From contig JBGQBI010000003.1 of the NCBI GenBank assembly GCA_041494705.1, positions 150,001 to 182,000 of the forward strand: DNA of 32,000 nucleotides. The letters run 5' to 3'. This stretch comes from Candidatus Methanoperedens sp. (GTDB lineage: Archaea; Halobacteriota; Methanosarcinia; Methanosarcinales; Methanoperedenaceae). The translations under genes were made by a program, and so were the position numbers. Position 1 is the stretch's first letter; each line of letters opens with the position of its first letter. The notes under the pieces were generated by a model, which ran no database searches, had not been told where the DNA came from, and was given only the letters and a program-made list of their open reading frames with translations. Of the stretch, positions 30,140 to 32,000 are shown one piece after another.

Positions 30140-30246
30140 AAACCTTTAAGAAAGGTTTATCAAACGACGGGTATGGTGCGCCATACCCGGACACGCCCTC
30201 CCGAGGCGTGACTCGGGACGTCATAAAGGGGCGTAACCCTTTATGA
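30140..30246 (+). promoter_or_regulatory. Hairpin-dense leader upstream of the dehydrogenase gene; the last stem sequesters the start codon
   Basis: H1 30140-30158 (8 bp). H2 30168-30189 (9 bp, cgggtatgg/ccatacccg). H3a 30192-30210 (6 bp) and H3b 30199-30218 (7 bp) overlap and exclude each other. H4 30221-30246 (10 bp, tcataaaggg/ccctttatga) includes ATG 30243-30245. Confidence 0.35.
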
Positions 30247-31244
30247 AAATCGCAATTGTTCCCGGTGACGGCATTGGAAGGGAAGTTATCCCTGCATCTC
30301 TTACCGTACTCGATGCCTTTGGTCTTGATATCGAAAAAGTCCCTCTTGATATTGGTTATGGCAAGTGGGAGCGCACGGGGAGCGCAATAACGGATGAGGA
30401 TATTAACACCATCAAGGAATGTGATTGCGTGCTTTTCGGGGCAATCACGACGCCGCATGATCCGAATTATAAAAGTGTGCTTGTGCGCCTACGGAAAGAA
30501 CTTGATTTATATGCCAATATACGACCATTTGCGCCCCTGAAAACTGTAAAATTGCCCTGCGCCGGGAAATTCGATTTTGTAATCGTAAGGGAAAATACCG
30601 AAGGTATGTATTCCGGGATTGAGGAACTGCATGAAGACGCGGCATATACCACACGGGTTATTACCAGAAAGGGCTGCGAGAGAATAGCAATGCGCGCTTG
30701 CTTGCTCGCAAAGGAAAGAAAACAGTCGATTACAATAGTGCATAAGGCAAATGTGTTAAAATCGGATTCTTTTTTCCGCGACGTCGCTATAGGCGTTGCA
30801 AAGAAAAACGGAATATCTTATAATGAAATGCTGGTTGATGCAATGGCGTATGATTTAATCCTGCGCCCGCAAAAATATGATGTGATAGTGACCACGAACC
30901 TTTTCGGCGATATCCTGAGCGATGAGGCAGCCGCCATATCAGGCGGGCTTGGCCTTTGCCCGAGCGCCAATATCGGCGACCGCTATGCGCTTTTCGAGCC
31001 CATCCACGGCAGCGCGCCTGATATTGCAGGGAAGGGCATTGCCAATCCGATTGCGGCTATCCTGAGCGTCAGGATGATGCTTGAATGGGCAGGAAAGGCT
31101 AAGGAAGCAGAGTCAATCAGCAGGGCTGTGGACGATGTTCTTAAGCAGGGGATAGTAACGCCTGACCTCGGGGGTTCTTATTCAACTGCTGATGTATCGA
31201 ATGCCATCGCAGAATCGGTTAGTAGACTTATAGGAAAGCAATAA
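30243..31244 (+). CDS. Isocitrate/isopropylmalate dehydrogenase family protein (LeuB or homoisocitrate dehydrogenase AksF-like)
   Basis: MKIAIVPGDGIGREVIP, LFGAITTP..YKSVLVRLRKELDLYANIRP, IVRENTEGMYSG, NLFGDILSDEAA, GLCPSANIG and FEPIHGSAPDIAGKGIANP are hallmarks of beta-decarboxylating dehydrogenases. Confidence 0.9.
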   Translation: MKIAIVPGDGIGREVIPASLTVLDAFGLDIEKVPLDIGYGKWERTGSAITDEDINTIKECDCVLFGAITTPHDPNYKSVLVRLRKELDLYANIRPFAPLKTVKLPCAGKFDFVIVRENTEGMYSGIEELHEDAAYTTRVITRKGCERIAMRACLLAKERKQSITIVHKANVLKSDSFFRDVAIGVAKKNGISYNEMLVDAMAYDLILRPQKYDVIVTTNLFGDILSDEAAAISGGLGLCPSANIGDRYALFEPIHGSAPDIAGKGIANPIAAILSVRMMLEWAGKAKEAESISRAVDDVLKQGIVTPDLGGSYSTADVSNAIAESVSRLIGKQ

Positions 31245-31444
31245 TACTGAAAATGATGCCTTTGTCTGGAGGCAGAACTTCGCTGCAAACACGTAAACTA
31301 TAAATGTACATTATTCATAAAAGGTTTGATAGAAACTGCAAAATAACAAACATGGGTATTTGCAGCAGTTATGAACAAAAAAGTGAAAAACTTACCGGTG
31401 GTATCAATCGAGCCTCTGTATCCGGTGGAATCAACGGAGGATAG

Positions 31445-32000
31445 GTGGTGACCGGCGATAAAGGCGTAAAACCAGGGTTTGCAGGTTTTGGAGGATTAAT
31501 AGGGATCAGCATAGGACTTGCAGCAATTGCCTGGGTTCTGGATTCAATTTCAGATTCTATTATATTCCATGATGGGACTCTTATCGGGCAGCTACTATCC
31601 CCAACTGCTCATGAAATCGGGATCCGGGTTTTATTTGGGTTCGTTCTAATCGTGTTCGGTACCTACACCCAGTTGAACACAGGTCGGAGCAAGCGGGTGG
31701 AGGAGGAGCTTCGACAATCCGAGGAAAAATACCGGATGTTAATTGAGAATATCCAGGAAGGCGTATTTATTATCCAGGATGGTAAACTTCAATTTGTCAA
31801 TGAAGCATTTGCAAGAACGGCTGGCTACAATGTGGGGGAAATTATCGGCAGGGATTTCAGGGATTTAGTTGCGCCTGAGGATTTGGAAATGGTAGCAGAC
31901 CGTTATTATCGAAGGCAGGCGGGAGAAAATGTCCCTGATGAATACGAATTCCATGTGATGTGTAAGGACGGGACAAGAATCGTTGTCAATATGAATGTGG
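31445..32000 (+). CDS. Membrane-anchored PAS-domain sensor protein (N-terminal part; continues beyond the right edge)
   Basis: My own translation from GTG 31445/31448, with GGAGG at 31436-31440: VVTGDKGVKPGFAGFGGLIGISIGLAAIAWVL...LFGFVLIVFGTY (2 TM). A coiled linker follows (RVEEELRQSEEKYRMLIENIQEGVFIIQDGKLQFVNEAFARTAGY..GRDFRDLVAPEDLE, PAS). Open to nt 32000. Confidence 0.7.
   Translation, partial: MVTGDKGVKPGFAGFGGLIGISIGLAAIAWVLDSISDSIIFHDGTLIGQLLSPTAHEIGIRVLFGFVLIVFGTYTQLNTGRSKRVEEELRQSEEKYRMLIENIQEGVFIIQDGKLQFVNEAFARTAGYNVGEIIGRDFRDLVAPEDLEMVADRYYRRQAGENVPDEYEFHVMCKDGTRIVVNMNV

Noticed and set aside
31245-31351. Hairpins after the dehydrogenase gene (tgcct..aggca near 31252-31269; ctgcaaa..tttgcag near 31336-31364) as terminators or regulators.
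   Set aside because: Short stems with large loops and no following oligo-T tract. They cannot be told apart from chance in AT-rich spacer.
31352-31444. 30-codon ORF (MGICSSYEQKSEKLTGGINRASVSGGINGG) ending in a TAG that is in frame with the PAS sensor ORF. Possible pyrrolysine read-through giving an N-terminal extension.
   Set aside because: GGAGG lies directly upstream of the GTG GTG at 31445-31450, which favours independent initiation. The short peptide is low-complexity. There is no evidence in the window that the organism decodes TAG. Pure speculation.

Overview
Archaeal chromosomal segment. Support: an AglB oligosaccharyltransferase, a PGF-pre-PGF surface protein, and a methanogen-type LeuD/HacB small subunit with its dehydrogenase. 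A Methanosarcinales/ANME-like lineage is only a low-confidence guess. Nt 1-26407 is one ~26 kb co-directional minus-strand surface-glycan/N-glycosylation cluster headed by aglB. It holds nine GT2/GT4 glycosyltransferase genes plus one GT2 remnant, two MOP/Wzx-type flippases and a GT-C-like polytopic membrane protein. It also holds a 748-aa protein with four tandem extracellular repeats and a C-terminal TM bundle, two B12-binding radical SAM enzymes and an SDR epimerase. A trio of gmd, a Lys->His Cys-cluster DegT-family enzyme (3-dehydratase-like) and an Fcl/ColC-like reductase predicts a GDP-3,6-dideoxyhexose branch. Two toxin-antitoxin cassettes sit in-line in the cluster. BrnT/BrnA is bounded by a 40-nt direct repeat and a GT2 gene remnant. 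The wHTH-nucleotidyltransferase/HEPN pair has a frameshifted HEPN gene. Divergent from aglB is a sequon-dense surface protein (FN3 + PGF-pre-PGF + C-terminal anchor). The right end (+ strand) carries a LeuD/HacB-type small subunit, an unknown 291-aa Cys-containing protein, a micro-ORF, a hairpin-dense leader, an isopropylmalate/homoisocitrate-type dehydrogenase and the start of a membrane PAS sensor. No rRNA, tRNA, CRISPR array, transposase or integrase was recognised.
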